64,000 nt of DNA from an uncultured Acidobacteriota bacterium (GTDB lineage: Bacteria > Acidobacteriota > UBA6911). The DNA is taken from assembly GCA_963827655.1 (NCBI GenBank), contig CAWHCF010000010.1, positions 192,001-256,000 on the forward strand, given 5' to 3'. The translations under genes and the position numbers were made by a program. Each line of letters begins with the position of its first letter. Positions within the stretch are counted from its first letter, which is position 1. Under the pieces are notes generated by a model. That model did no database searches, was not told where the DNA came from, and worked only from the letters and a program-made list of their open reading frames with translations. This document shows positions 30,919 to 40,225 of the stretch, in pieces.

Positions 30919-31764
30919 GTGCTGGTTGACGTACACAGTCATTTCTTTAGAGATCCCGAGCATTTTACCGCCGATTTCCGACGGCAGGCCCGCCGTGCCC
31001 GCAACGCCGACATCGATCTCACGGTCCGCTGGGAGGAATACCATGCCACGGCGACCCAGTGCGACAAGACCATCGTATTCGGCGGGAAAGCAAAGTTGTC
31101 GGGTCTCTGGGTGCCGGATCGAGACGTTGCCGAGTATGTAAAACTCCATCCTGACCGGCTGATCGGCTTTCTCTCGGTTGATCCCACGCAGGCCGGTTGG
31201 CAGGGCGAGCTCGAGCACGGCCACCAGGATCTGAAGCTTAAAGGGATCAAGCTCATGCCGATGTACGGCGGGTACAAGCCAAACCAGCCGGAGATCGATT
31301 ATGTCTGGGAATATGCCAGCCGGCACGGTCTGCCGGTGCTGGTGCATACCGGCACGACTTTCATCGACCGGGCGCCCCTGGAGTGCACCCTGCCGCGCCT
31401 TCTCGATGACGTCAGCACGCGGTTCCCGGAGCTCCGTCTGATTCTTGCGCATCTTTCGCATCCCTACGAAGGAGAATGTGTGGTCACGATTCGGAAGCAT
31501 CCGAATGTGTATGCGGACTGTTCGGCCCTTCACTACCGCCCATTCCAGCTCTACCAATCCCTCATGCTGGTCCAGGAGTATGGCGTGTGGAACAAAGTCC
31601 TGTTCGGCAGCGATTATCCGTTCACCACGGTGGACGCGAGTGTCGCGGCGATGCGCAAGTTGAACGAAATGCTCGACGGTACCGCTCTCCCTCGTCTGAA
31701 AATGGAACAGATGGAGGAGATGTTCCAGCGCGATACTCTCCACCTTCTTGGAATCTCCGCCTGA
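30919..31764 (+). CDS. Amidohydrolase_2 family protein
   Basis: VDVHSH, GIKL, LVHTG, ILAHLSHP, FGSDYP. Confidence 0.9.
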   Translation: MLVDVHSHFFRDPEHFTADFRRQARRARNADIDLTVRWEEYHATATQCDKTIVFGGKAKLSGLWVPDRDVAEYVKLHPDRLIGFLSVDPTQAGWQGELEHGHQDLKLKGIKLMPMYGGYKPNQPEIDYVWEYASRHGLPVLVHTGTTFIDRAPLECTLPRLLDDVSTRFPELRLILAHLSHPYEGECVVTIRKHPNVYADCSALHYRPFQLYQSLMLVQEYGVWNKVLFGSDYPFTTVDASVAAMRKLNEMLDGTALPRLKMEQMEEMFQRDTLHLLGISA

Positions 31765-31784
31765 AGCCGGAGGCAATCCTCAGA

Positions 31785-33122
31785 GTGATCTCGGACGCCG
31801 GCCTCTCTAACCAGGAACACGCGAACAAGCGAGGAATCAAAGCGTTCTTACCGGCCGGGAAGAGCGAATGGCAGCGCTGGACTATCGTCCTCTATCTCTG
31901 GGGCGCTTTCTTCCTTGCCTATATCGGCCGGCAATCGATGTTTTCGATTTTTCCGGTCCTGCGTCGCGAACTGGGTTTCACGGAGGTCCAGCTCGGACTG
32001 ACTGGCACTGTATTCCTGTGGGTCTACGCGCTGGCAAATCCGCTCGGCGGCCGTCTCAGCGACCGCTGGTCGAAGAAGGCGCTGGTCATGGGCGCGATCC
32101 TCTCCTGGAGTGTCTGCACATTGATGATTGGGGTTACCCAGTCTCCCTCGGGGCTGCTTGCCTGGCGGGCGGCTCTGGCTTTCGCGCAAGCCCTGTATTT
32201 TCCCGCTGCCGTCGCCTTGATCAGCAACCTGCACTCCGAATACACGCGTTCAACGGCGCTCTCGCTGCATGGTAGCGCCCAGTTCGTCGGCGTGATTTTT
32301 GGCGGCTGGTATGGCGGTTTCGCGACCGAAGCGCTCGGCTGGCGCTGGATGTTGTGGATCCTGGCTGCTGCCGGTACCGCCTACGGTCTGGTTCTCTATT
32401 TCCGCCTTGAAGACAAGCAGCCGCCTGCGCGAACCGCGACTCCGTCTACCGTCGATAATGAGTCCGGTTCGACGGGCGTGTTCACGCCGACTTATCTGGC
32501 GCTTTGCATCAGTTTTTTCGCTATCTGCGCGATGATATGGCTGATCTATGCCTGGCTCCCCGACATTGTGCGCGAGAGGTTCAACTTGCCGCTGGGAACG
32601 GCGGGCCTGGTCGCGACGGCATACGCCCAGGTTGCTATGATCGCCGGCCTCGTTTGCGCCGCTCCGCTCGGGGATTGGCTGATGAAACAGACCAAGCGCG
32701 GCCGCCTTTATGTGATGCTGGTCGGGCTGATCGTCTGTTCGCCATTTCTCCATATCCTCGTGCGCTGCCAGACGCTCGAAGGAGTGCGACTGGCCGCTCT
32801 GGGCTACGGCTTTTTCACAGGTCTCTTCACGGCCAATTTTCTCGCCTGTGTCTTCGACGTCGTTCCCAAGGAAAAGCGAGGCTTCGCCGCCGGTTTTGCC
32901 AACATGATCGGCGGGATCGCAGGCGGATTGTCGGCCTACCTGGTGGGGTTGCTGAAAGGCCGGTACTCGGTCGAAGTAATGTTCAGCGTCGCGGCCGGTT
33001 TCGGGATCGTCTCCGCCATCCTGCTTCTCGCGACGGTCTGGCTGCTGTTTCTTCGCGATTACGGCAGGGCGCACCCCGAGATGGCGCCGGCGGCGGCTGG
33101 AAGCCGGGGGCTGGACCGGTAA
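31785..33122 (+). CDS. MFS transporter, paralog of the divergent MFS at 29425
   Basis: YIGRQSMFSIFP, GGRLSDRWSKK, GGWYGGF shared with the 29425 protein. Confidence 0.88.
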   Translation: MISDAGLSNQEHANKRGIKAFLPAGKSEWQRWTIVLYLWGAFFLAYIGRQSMFSIFPVLRRELGFTEVQLGLTGTVFLWVYALANPLGGRLSDRWSKKALVMGAILSWSVCTLMIGVTQSPSGLLAWRAALAFAQALYFPAAVALISNLHSEYTRSTALSLHGSAQFVGVIFGGWYGGFATEALGWRWMLWILAAAGTAYGLVLYFRLEDKQPPARTATPSTVDNESGSTGVFTPTYLALCISFFAICAMIWLIYAWLPDIVRERFNLPLGTAGLVATAYAQVAMIAGLVCAAPLGDWLMKQTKRGRLYVMLVGLIVCSPFLHILVRCQTLEGVRLAALGYGFFTGLFTANFLACVFDVVPKEKRGFAAGFANMIGGIAGGLSAYLVGLLKGRYSVEVMFSVAAGFGIVSAILLLATVWLLFLRDYGRAHPEMAPAAAGSRGLDR

Positions 33123-33187
33123 ACAAAGTGTTCCTGGCTTTGTCAGGCATCATTAACCACGAAGACACGAAGACGCAAAGGCGCTGA

Positions 33188-34000
33188 ATGGACAAACGTT
33201 TGTTGTTCGAAGAGCTCACGCGTGAAGAAGCCCGCGCCATCGCTGCCGAGACCTTGGCCGTCTTGCCGATCGGCGCTGTAGAACAGCACGGGCCGCACCT
33301 GCCGGTCGGCACCGACTTTCTAACCATTGACCACCTGGCCCGCACGGCCGCCGCCCGCGCCGCTGAAGAAATTCCCGTCATCGTCACTCCGACCATGCCG
33401 TTCGGCTCGTCTCACCACCACCTGCCCTTCGGCGGGACAATGTCTCTTTCAACCCGGACTTGTTATCAGGTTCTCTACGATCTGGCGGAGTCGCTGGTTG
33501 CCGGTGGCTTCCGCAGCATCTTTATTCTCAACGGCCACGGCGGCAATCACGAGGTCGCCCAGCTTGTGGCTCGCGATCTTGCACTGAAACACCCGGCGCA
33601 CCTTGCCGCCGCGTCGTACTGGACCATCGCATGGGATGCCCTGATCGAAGAAGGCGCTCACGTTGCCGGACGCCTTCCGGGCCATTCGGGAGCGTACGAG
33701 ACTTCGCAGATGCTCGCTCTCAGGCCCGACCTCGTCCGGCGCCCGCTTCCCGCGCGAGCCGGAGCGTCCGGTTCCAATCCCCGCAGCCTCAATCGCCCCT
33801 ATCGTGCCGAGCGACCCGGGTTCTGGCAAAGCATCGACGGATACAGCGACAGCCCGGACCGTGCCGATGCGGAGCGGGGCCGGGCGTACCTCGACGCCGT
33901 GGCGCGCTCGGTAGCAAACGCGCTGGTCGAATTCCACAAGGGAAGCCGCGCTAAACAAAAACGAACCTCGAAGACGCGAAGAAACGCCAAGAATAAATGA
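33188..34000 (+). CDS. Creatininase/MftE-like amidohydrolase
   Basis: GAVEQHGPHLPVGTD, SHHH, NGHGGN, HSGAYETS. Confidence 0.92.
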   Translation: MDKRLLFEELTREEARAIAAETLAVLPIGAVEQHGPHLPVGTDFLTIDHLARTAAARAAEEIPVIVTPTMPFGSSHHHLPFGGTMSLSTRTCYQVLYDLAESLVAGGFRSIFILNGHGGNHEVAQLVARDLALKHPAHLAAASYWTIAWDALIEEGAHVAGRLPGHSGAYETSQMLALRPDLVRRPLPARAGASGSNPRSLNRPYRAERPGFWQSIDGYSDSPDRADAERGRAYLDAVARSVANALVEFHKGSRAKQKRTSKTRRNAKNK

Positions 34001-34052
34001 GACCAACTTGGGCTAGAATGAACCGCGGTCTCCTGTGCGGCGAGGTTCTACA

Positions 34053-36512
34053 ATGTCAAACTCAGTCAGCGGCTCGCTAACCCCATCGATACGGTTCTGG
34101 GGTGAGCAATTAGTGCGCGATATCCGTTACGGGATTCGAAATCTGGCGAAGAACCCGGGGTTCGCAGCCGTAGCAATTCTCTCGCTGGCGCTGGGGATCA
34201 TGGCCACCACGGCCATGTACAGCGTAATCTACGGGGTGGTTCTGAACCCGTTCCCATACAAGGACGTGGACAGCTTGATGAGTGTAAAAGTCTGGGAACC
34301 GGGGCAGCGCGGGTGGCGGCTTTACTACTCGACCGACCAGTTCCTGGAGATCGCGGAACGCGCCACCATTTTTGACGGCGTGATCGCCTCGACTATCAGC
34401 GACGTGCTTCGGTCCGGAGAGGGAGAACCGCAGCGCCTGCGCGGGAACCACGTCACGACCAATACCTTCCAGGTTCTTGGGGTCCCTCCGCTCCTCGGCC
34501 GGGCGATCACTCCCGCCGATGGGGCGCCGGATGCGCCTGCCGTCTGCGTTCTGGGGTATCGCTTCTGGCAGCGGCAGTTCGGTGGCGATCCCGGCGTGCT
34601 GGGCCGCGAGCTGCGCCTGAACGACAGGGTACACACGGTCGTCGGCGTCATGCCGCGCCGGTTCATGTGGCGTGGCGCCGACGTTTACCTTCCGATCGTG
34701 TTCCGGCGCGGACAGGTTGTGGAAGGGGTCCGTTTCGTGCACCTCCTGGGCCGGCTGAAACGTGGAGTCACCGAAGCCCAGGTGGAAACAGACCTGCAGC
34801 CCATCATCGAAGATCTCAAGCGCCGGGAACCGGCGGCTTTTCCCGAGAAGTTTCGCGTCGGCCTGCTCTCATTCAAAGAGACCTTCCCCAGCGGCATCCG
34901 GGAATTGCTGTGGATCCTTTTCGGCGCGGTCGGCCTTCTGCTGCTGATTGCCTGCGCTAACGTTTCCAACCTGCTGCTCTCCAAGGCGGCTTCACGCCAA
35001 AGGGAAATGGCTCTGCGGGCGGCGCTCGGCGCCGGGCGCGGCCGGCTTGTCCGCCAGCTCCTCACTGAAAGCCTCACCCTGGCGCTGGCGGGAGGCGCCC
35101 TCGGGGTCGCGCTGGCCTATGCTGGATTGGGCGTCATCATCGCTCTGGTACCGCCCGGTACCATTCCCGACGAGTCGGAGATCGTCGTCAACCTGCCGGT
35201 GTTGCTTTTTTCGCTGGCCGTGTCCACGGCGACTTCATTGCTGTTCGGGCTGGCGCCGGCTCTTCATGCCTGCACCCGCGACCTGGCCAACCCGCTGAAG
35301 GACTCGAGCCGGGGCATCAGCGGCGGGCTTCGGCGGGCGCTTCTGCGCCACAGCCTTGTGGTAGCGGAAGTGGCGTTGTCGCTCGTGCTGCTGGTGGGTG
35401 CCAGCCTCATGATTCGCACGCTGTTCGCCGTCCGGGCGCTCGATTTCGGCTTCCACCCGGAACGCCTGCTCACGATGCGGATCCCGCTCCCCGAAAAGCG
35501 CTACCCGGACCCAGTCCGCCGCGGCGCTTTCTTCCAGGAGTTGCTTCCCCGTGTCGCCGCAGTGCCGGGTGTAGTGTCGGTTGGGCTGAATACCTGGATT
35601 CATCCCCTGGGTAATTGGTCGCTTCCGGTAGAGATGGTGGGCGAAGCGCAGATGGACACGCGGCGCACTCTGGTTCACCAGGTTAACCCGGGCTATCCTG
35701 AAACCCTCGGTATTCGGTTCCTTCAGGGCCGGATGTTCAGCGAAAGCGAAGTCGGAAACAAGCAGCGCCTGGCTGTAGTCAACCAGGCGTTCGTAAACCG
35801 GTATAGCGCCGGCCGCGATCCCATCGGGCGGCTCATCCGCATTCCGCGGCTGAAGGAACCGCCCTTTGGCGTGGCCGAGCCCTCCTTCCAGATCGTCGGT
35901 GTGGTCAAGGATGTGATGAACGACGACAACCGGACCGAGCCAGAGATTTACCTGCCTTACACCTTGACGGGCTCCGCCGATAACCTGATCGTCCTCACCC
36001 AGGGCAATCCGTCTGCCCTCGCCCAGGCAGTTCGGGCGCAGGTGTATGAATTGGACAAGGACCAGCCGGTGATGAACGTAAAGACCGTCGAACAGGTGCT
36101 GGATGAAGAGATGTTCTCGTACGCGCGCTTTCAAGTTGTTTTGTTTTCGGTCTTCGCCGGCCTCGGGCTGGCGCTGGCCGTCATCGGAGTCTACGGACTG
36201 ATCTCCCATTCGGTGGCCCAGCGTACCCAGGAAATTGGCGTTCGCATCGCTCTTGGAGCCAGCCTGGGAGACATCATCCGGATGGTGATGGCCGGCGGGT
36301 GCCGCCAACTCCTGATAGGGGTGGCGCTGGGACTGGCGGGGAGCGCCGCCGCCACGCGCGTTGTCGCGCAATATATCGCTGTTTCTCGATGGGATCCGAT
36401 TTCCTTTGCGGGGGTGGCAGTTTTGTTGTTTGCGGCTGGTATGGCCGCCTGCTACTGGCCCGCTCTTCGCGCATCTCGTGTGGATCCCGTGACAGCGCTG
36501 CGCCATGAATGA
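34053..36512 (+). CDS. ADOP-type duplicated ABC permease (MacB/FtsX domains)
   Basis: DIRYGIRNLAKNPGF, LLIACANVSNLLL, REMALRAALGAGRGRLVRQLLTES, RTQEIGVRIALGA, RASRVDPVTALRHE. Confidence 0.93.
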   Translation: MSNSVSGSLTPSIRFWGEQLVRDIRYGIRNLAKNPGFAAVAILSLALGIMATTAMYSVIYGVVLNPFPYKDVDSLMSVKVWEPGQRGWRLYYSTDQFLEIAERATIFDGVIASTISDVLRSGEGEPQRLRGNHVTTNTFQVLGVPPLLGRAITPADGAPDAPAVCVLGYRFWQRQFGGDPGVLGRELRLNDRVHTVVGVMPRRFMWRGADVYLPIVFRRGQVVEGVRFVHLLGRLKRGVTEAQVETDLQPIIEDLKRREPAAFPEKFRVGLLSFKETFPSGIRELLWILFGAVGLLLLIACANVSNLLLSKAASRQREMALRAALGAGRGRLVRQLLTESLTLALAGGALGVALAYAGLGVIIALVPPGTIPDESEIVVNLPVLLFSLAVSTATSLLFGLAPALHACTRDLANPLKDSSRGISGGLRRALLRHSLVVAEVALSLVLLVGASLMIRTLFAVRALDFGFHPERLLTMRIPLPEKRYPDPVRRGAFFQELLPRVAAVPGVVSVGLNTWIHPLGNWSLPVEMVGEAQMDTRRTLVHQVNPGYPETLGIRFLQGRMFSESEVGNKQRLAVVNQAFVNRYSAGRDPIGRLIRIPRLKEPPFGVAEPSFQIVGVVKDVMNDDNRTEPEIYLPYTLTGSADNLIVLTQGNPSALAQAVRAQVYELDKDQPVMNVKTVEQVLDEEMFSYARFQVVLFSVFAGLGLALAVIGVYGLISHSVAQRTQEIGVRIALGASLGDIIRMVMAGGCRQLLIGVALGLAGSAAATRVVAQYIAVSRWDPISFAGVAVLLFAAGMAACYWPALRASRVDPVTALRHE

Positions 36513-36567
36513 GGTTGTCTTGGTGTCTTCGCTTCTTTGTGATAGATCTTCCGCTATGAGGTGACTC

Positions 36568-37491
36568 GTGAATAGACGAAGGCTCTTGCTCACGGCTTCC
36601 GGGGTGGTAGGTGCCGCCCTGGCTTCCCGGTGGAGGGCAGCCGAGCTCTACGGAGCCAAGCTGCACTTCAAGTATTCCATCTGCAACGAAGTGTTTGAAA
36701 AGTGGGAGTTCGCGGCGCAGTGCCGTGCCATCAAGGCCGCAGGTTATGAGGGCGTGGAGATCGCTCCTTTCACTCTGGCCGACCATCTCGACGAGATCAG
36801 CGCGGCCCGGCGCCGTGAGTTGAGCAACATCATGCGCTCCGAAGGTATTCAATTCGCAGGGCTCCACTGGCTGCTTATCACGCCGAAGTGGCTGCACATT
36901 ACCACGGCGGACCGCGCGATCCGTGAAAAGTCGTGGGCTTATTTCAAGCAGCTGATCGACTTCTGCGCCGACCTGGGCGACAAGGGCATTATGGTCCTCG
37001 GGTCGCCGAAACAGCGGGCTTCTCAGGGCAGCTCGGCCGAAGAGGCGACCAAGCATCTGAAAGAGGGACTGGCCAAAGTCGCGCCTCATGCCGGAGAGCG
37101 AGGAATCACGATTCTGATCGAGCCTCTCGCAGGCAAAGATACCGATGTCGTGAACACGCTCGATCAGGCGGTCCGCATGGTCGAGGAGATCCGCCATCCC
37201 GCCATCCAGACGATGTTCGATTTTCACAATACGCCCGATGAGCGAGAGCCGCTCGATAAGCTGGTGAGACGCCACTTCTCCCGGATTCGTCACATCCACG
37301 TGAATGAGATGGATGGCCGGTACCCCGGGACCGGCAACCTCGACTTTCGTCCGGTGTTTCAGGTTCTTGCGGACTTGAAGTTCTCCCGCTGGGTTTCGCT
37401 CGAGGTGTTCGACTTCAAACCCAGTCCCGAGCATATTGCCAAAGCCTCGATGGAGTATTTTCGAAAGTTGGAAGCAAAATTGAAACTGTGA
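36568..37491 (+). CDS. Sugar phosphate isomerase/epimerase (D-tagatose 3-epimerase-like TIM barrel), Tat-like signal
   Basis: NRRRLLL, ICNE, GYEGVEIAP, LIEPL, FDFHN, HIHVNE, SLEVF. Confidence 0.88.
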   Translation: MNRRRLLLTASGVVGAALASRWRAAELYGAKLHFKYSICNEVFEKWEFAAQCRAIKAAGYEGVEIAPFTLADHLDEISAARRRELSNIMRSEGIQFAGLHWLLITPKWLHITTADRAIREKSWAYFKQLIDFCADLGDKGIMVLGSPKQRASQGSSAEEATKHLKEGLAKVAPHAGERGITILIEPLAGKDTDVVNTLDQAVRMVEEIRHPAIQTMFDFHNTPDEREPLDKLVRRHFSRIRHIHVNEMDGRYPGTGNLDFRPVFQVLADLKFSRWVSLEVFDFKPSPEHIAKASMEYFRKLEAKLKL

Positions 37492-37497
37492 ATATTC

Positions 37498-37713
37498 ACG
37501 ATTTACGATTGACGATTGACGATTTGAAAAACGGATCGCGTTTGCGGTATACTTTCTTGGAGTTTCTATGTCTATACCTGAACTCCTGATCACGCATTCG
37601 ACAAGGTAATGAGTGGCGCTGCTTCAAATGACAACTTACGATTGACGATTGAGGATTGAGATTGGAAGACCGGAGACGTTATGGTCAATCGTCAATCGTC
37701 AATCGTCAATCGT
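37498..37713. repeat. Family A heptamer arrays flanking a 110-nt unique segment
   Basis: (CGATTGA)n at 37498-37526 and 37637-37665; (AATCGTC)x4 at 37687-37713. Confidence 0.85.
37524..37553 (+). promoter_or_regulatory. Putative sigma70 promoter
   Basis: TTGAAA-N18-TATACT followed by GGAG and ATG at 37568. Confidence 0.45.
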
Positions 37714-37716
37714 TGA

Positions 37717-38701
37717 TCGGTCGTCGGCAGCTACCCCGTCCCATCCTGGCTGGTGGGGAACACTTCGCGCGTGGTGCTGCGCGATGCCATCATGACGGTG
37801 CTGAAAACGCAGGAGCTGGCGGGACTCGACGTCATCAGCGACGGCGAACTGCAGCGCTTCGATCCCGGCCATCCCGAAACCAACGGGATGATCGACTATT
37901 TTGTTTCTCAGATGGAGGGGATCCAGACGCGCTTCTCGAAGGCGGACCTGGACCGCTTTCGTTCCGACCAGGCGCTGCAGTATCGCGCGGCTCCCGCCGG
38001 ACTGGTGTTCGGCAAGGTCGGGAGCGGAACGCTCAATCTTCGAAATGACTACCAGCTGGCCCGCGCGCTCACGCCCCGCCCGCTCAAGTTCACCTGCACC
38101 GGGCCGCATATGCTTTCGAAAGTTTTGACCAACAGTTACTATCGCGACCAGGCCGAGCTGGCCATGGACATCGCGGGAGTGCTGCGCGATCAACTGGAGC
38201 CGATCGATGCCGCGGTGGTCCAGCTCGATGAGGCCAACATCAGCGGTCATCCGGAAGACAGCGAATGGGCCATCCAGGCAATCAACCACGTTCTGGATGG
38301 CATCCGGGTGGAGAAGGCGGTTCACATCTGCTTCGGCAATTACGCGGGACAGACCAGTTCAAAAGGGCTTCTGGCGGGAGTTGATCCCCTTCCTGAACTC
38401 TTTGCGAACGAATCACGTGGTGCTTGAATTCGCGCGCCGTGGCTACGGGGAACTGACCGATTTCGTCGGGCTCGACCCCAAAATCGCCCTGGGGATCGGT
38501 GTCGTCGACATAAAGGACAACGAAGTGGAAAACCCCGATCTCATAGCGCGCCGCATCGAACAAATTGTGAAAACCCTCGGCGAGGGGAGGCTGCGATATA
38601 TTCATCCAGACTGCGGCTTGTGGATGCTGCAGCGCAGCGTTGCCGATCGAAAGCTGCGCGCTCTGGTAGAAGGGAGAGATCTCTTTGAAGCCCGGACTTA
38701 G
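37717..38701 (+). CDS. Cobalamin-independent methionine synthase II (MetE C-terminal/core-like) family protein; frameshift near 38356; start codon unresolved
   Basis: SVVGSYPVP, QELAGLDVISDGE, TGPHML, VQLDEA, HICFGNY (HxC Zn ligands), LEFAR, HPDCGL. Confidence 0.85.
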
Positions 38702-38731
38702 AGATCACGCGCCGCGCTCTGCTCGGCGGCC

Positions 38732-39856
38732 ATGACCGCGGCGCCCTTCAGCCGGATCATGCGAGCTGCAGGCTCCGAGTATCGGCGTCTTCGAGACGAG
38801 GTCACGGGCGCTACCGTGCACCAGCTCACCTCGCATCAGTCTATCAATCATCCTACTTACTTCTTGACCTCTTCGTTCACGCCGGACCGCAAATACGTGA
38901 TCTTTACTTCGTATCGTTCGGGCGCGCCGCAGTTGTATGAGCTTGAATTCCCTGACGGTCCGATGCGGCAGCTGACGAAGGTGGAAGGGCTGCACCCCTA
39001 TTCGGCCACGATCTCGCGGGATGGAAGCGAGATCTACTTCACGCGAAAGGGAAGCGTCGACGCCTTGCGGCGGAAGGATCTGTCGGTCCGAACCCTGCTG
39101 GCGCTCGAGGGGGCGCAGTTCGGCGAATGCAGTCTGAGCCATGACGGCCTGTGGATCGTGACGGCCATGAAGCAAGGCTCGCAGAACGGTGTGGCGCTCG
39201 CCAGCACGGCCGGGAAGACAGGCGGCGTGCTGTGCAGTTTCCCGCGCACCATCATCCATCCGCAATTTCATCCGACCGACAGCAATTGGGTCGAGTTCTC
39301 GGGAGATCCGGCGCCGCGCATGCATCGGGTGCGGCGCGACGGCAGCGGCCTCGAGTGTCTGTACGAGCACGGCAACGACGAGTTCGTCGTGCACGAGACC
39401 TTCCTGGGGCGCACGGGCGACATCGTCTTCACGGTGTGGCCGCGCGCCTTGCGGCGCATGGACTGGAAGACGCGCAAGATAAGCACCATCGCCGAGTTTA
39501 ACGCGTGGCACATCACGCCTAACAAGGCCGGCAGCGCGATCCTGTGCGACACGAATCATCCGGATATCGGGCTGCAGCTCGTGGACGTGGCCACCGGCCG
39601 GAGGCGGACCCTCTGCCACCCGCGCAGCTCGAACGGCGGCAGCCAGTGGAAAAAATCGAGTTATGCGCTGGAAGCGGATTTTGCGGCGGCGCGGCAGGAG
39701 CGCAAGGGAGCGCTGAGCTGGATGGAGATGCCGACCGACACGGTCTACGGCCCGCAATGGACGCACCCGCATCCTTCGTTCAGCCCGGACGAAAAGCTTG
39801 CCGTCTATACCTCCGACGTCTCAGGACACCCGCAGGTCTACGCGGTAGAGCTGTAG
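38732..39856 (+). CDS. Oligogalacturonate lyase family beta-propeller
   Basis: HPTYFLTSSFTPD, HPQFHP, HETF, WH, THPHPSFSPD. A Tat-like ITRRALLGG lies just upstream in another frame, so the true start is probably near 38690. Confidence 0.82.
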   Translation: MTAAPFSRIMRAAGSEYRRLRDEVTGATVHQLTSHQSINHPTYFLTSSFTPDRKYVIFTSYRSGAPQLYELEFPDGPMRQLTKVEGLHPYSATISRDGSEIYFTRKGSVDALRRKDLSVRTLLALEGAQFGECSLSHDGLWIVTAMKQGSQNGVALASTAGKTGGVLCSFPRTIIHPQFHPTDSNWVEFSGDPAPRMHRVRRDGSGLECLYEHGNDEFVVHETFLGRTGDIVFTVWPRALRRMDWKTRKISTIAEFNAWHITPNKAGSAILCDTNHPDIGLQLVDVATGRRRTLCHPRSSNGGSQWKKSSYALEADFAAARQERKGALSWMEMPTDTVYGPQWTHPHPSFSPDEKLAVYTSDVSGHPQVYAVEL

Positions 39857-39940
39857 CTTCATTCAGCGTGTTCGCGTCTTGGCGGTTGGGTTTTCAAGTC
39901 CTAGCATCTTAGTGGTTGGTGCCGAGGACGCAGAAGTCTA

Positions 39941-39969
39941 TTGACACACGAGTCGCGTGGTCCGATACT
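39941..39969 (+). promoter_or_regulatory. Putative sigma70 promoter of the TonB-dependent receptor
   Basis: TTGACA-N17-GATACT. Confidence 0.55.
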
Positions 39970-40225
39970 CGGACCAGAGTTCATTGATGTTTTGGAACAT
40001 GTGACGGCAGCGAAAGCATCAAGCCGGTAGCGGTTCTCGAAATGACGCCGAGACCCAGCTCGATAGGCTGACCTTCCTGGCACGCAGCCCTGACCGGCCC
40101 TTGCTCGAGGCGGTTGCTCGCCTCAAATCTGTCGAAGGGCGTCTCATGAAATCACGGCCTTAGGATACGCGCACGTGCGCGCAGTGGGTGTTGTGCATTT
40201 CAGTGGCGATGAGCGAGGAGGTTAG

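Noticed and set aside
37714-37716. Selenocysteine readthrough of the in-frame TGA before the MetE-like gene
   Set aside because: The position is not a conserved Cys site and no SECIS-like element was recognised.
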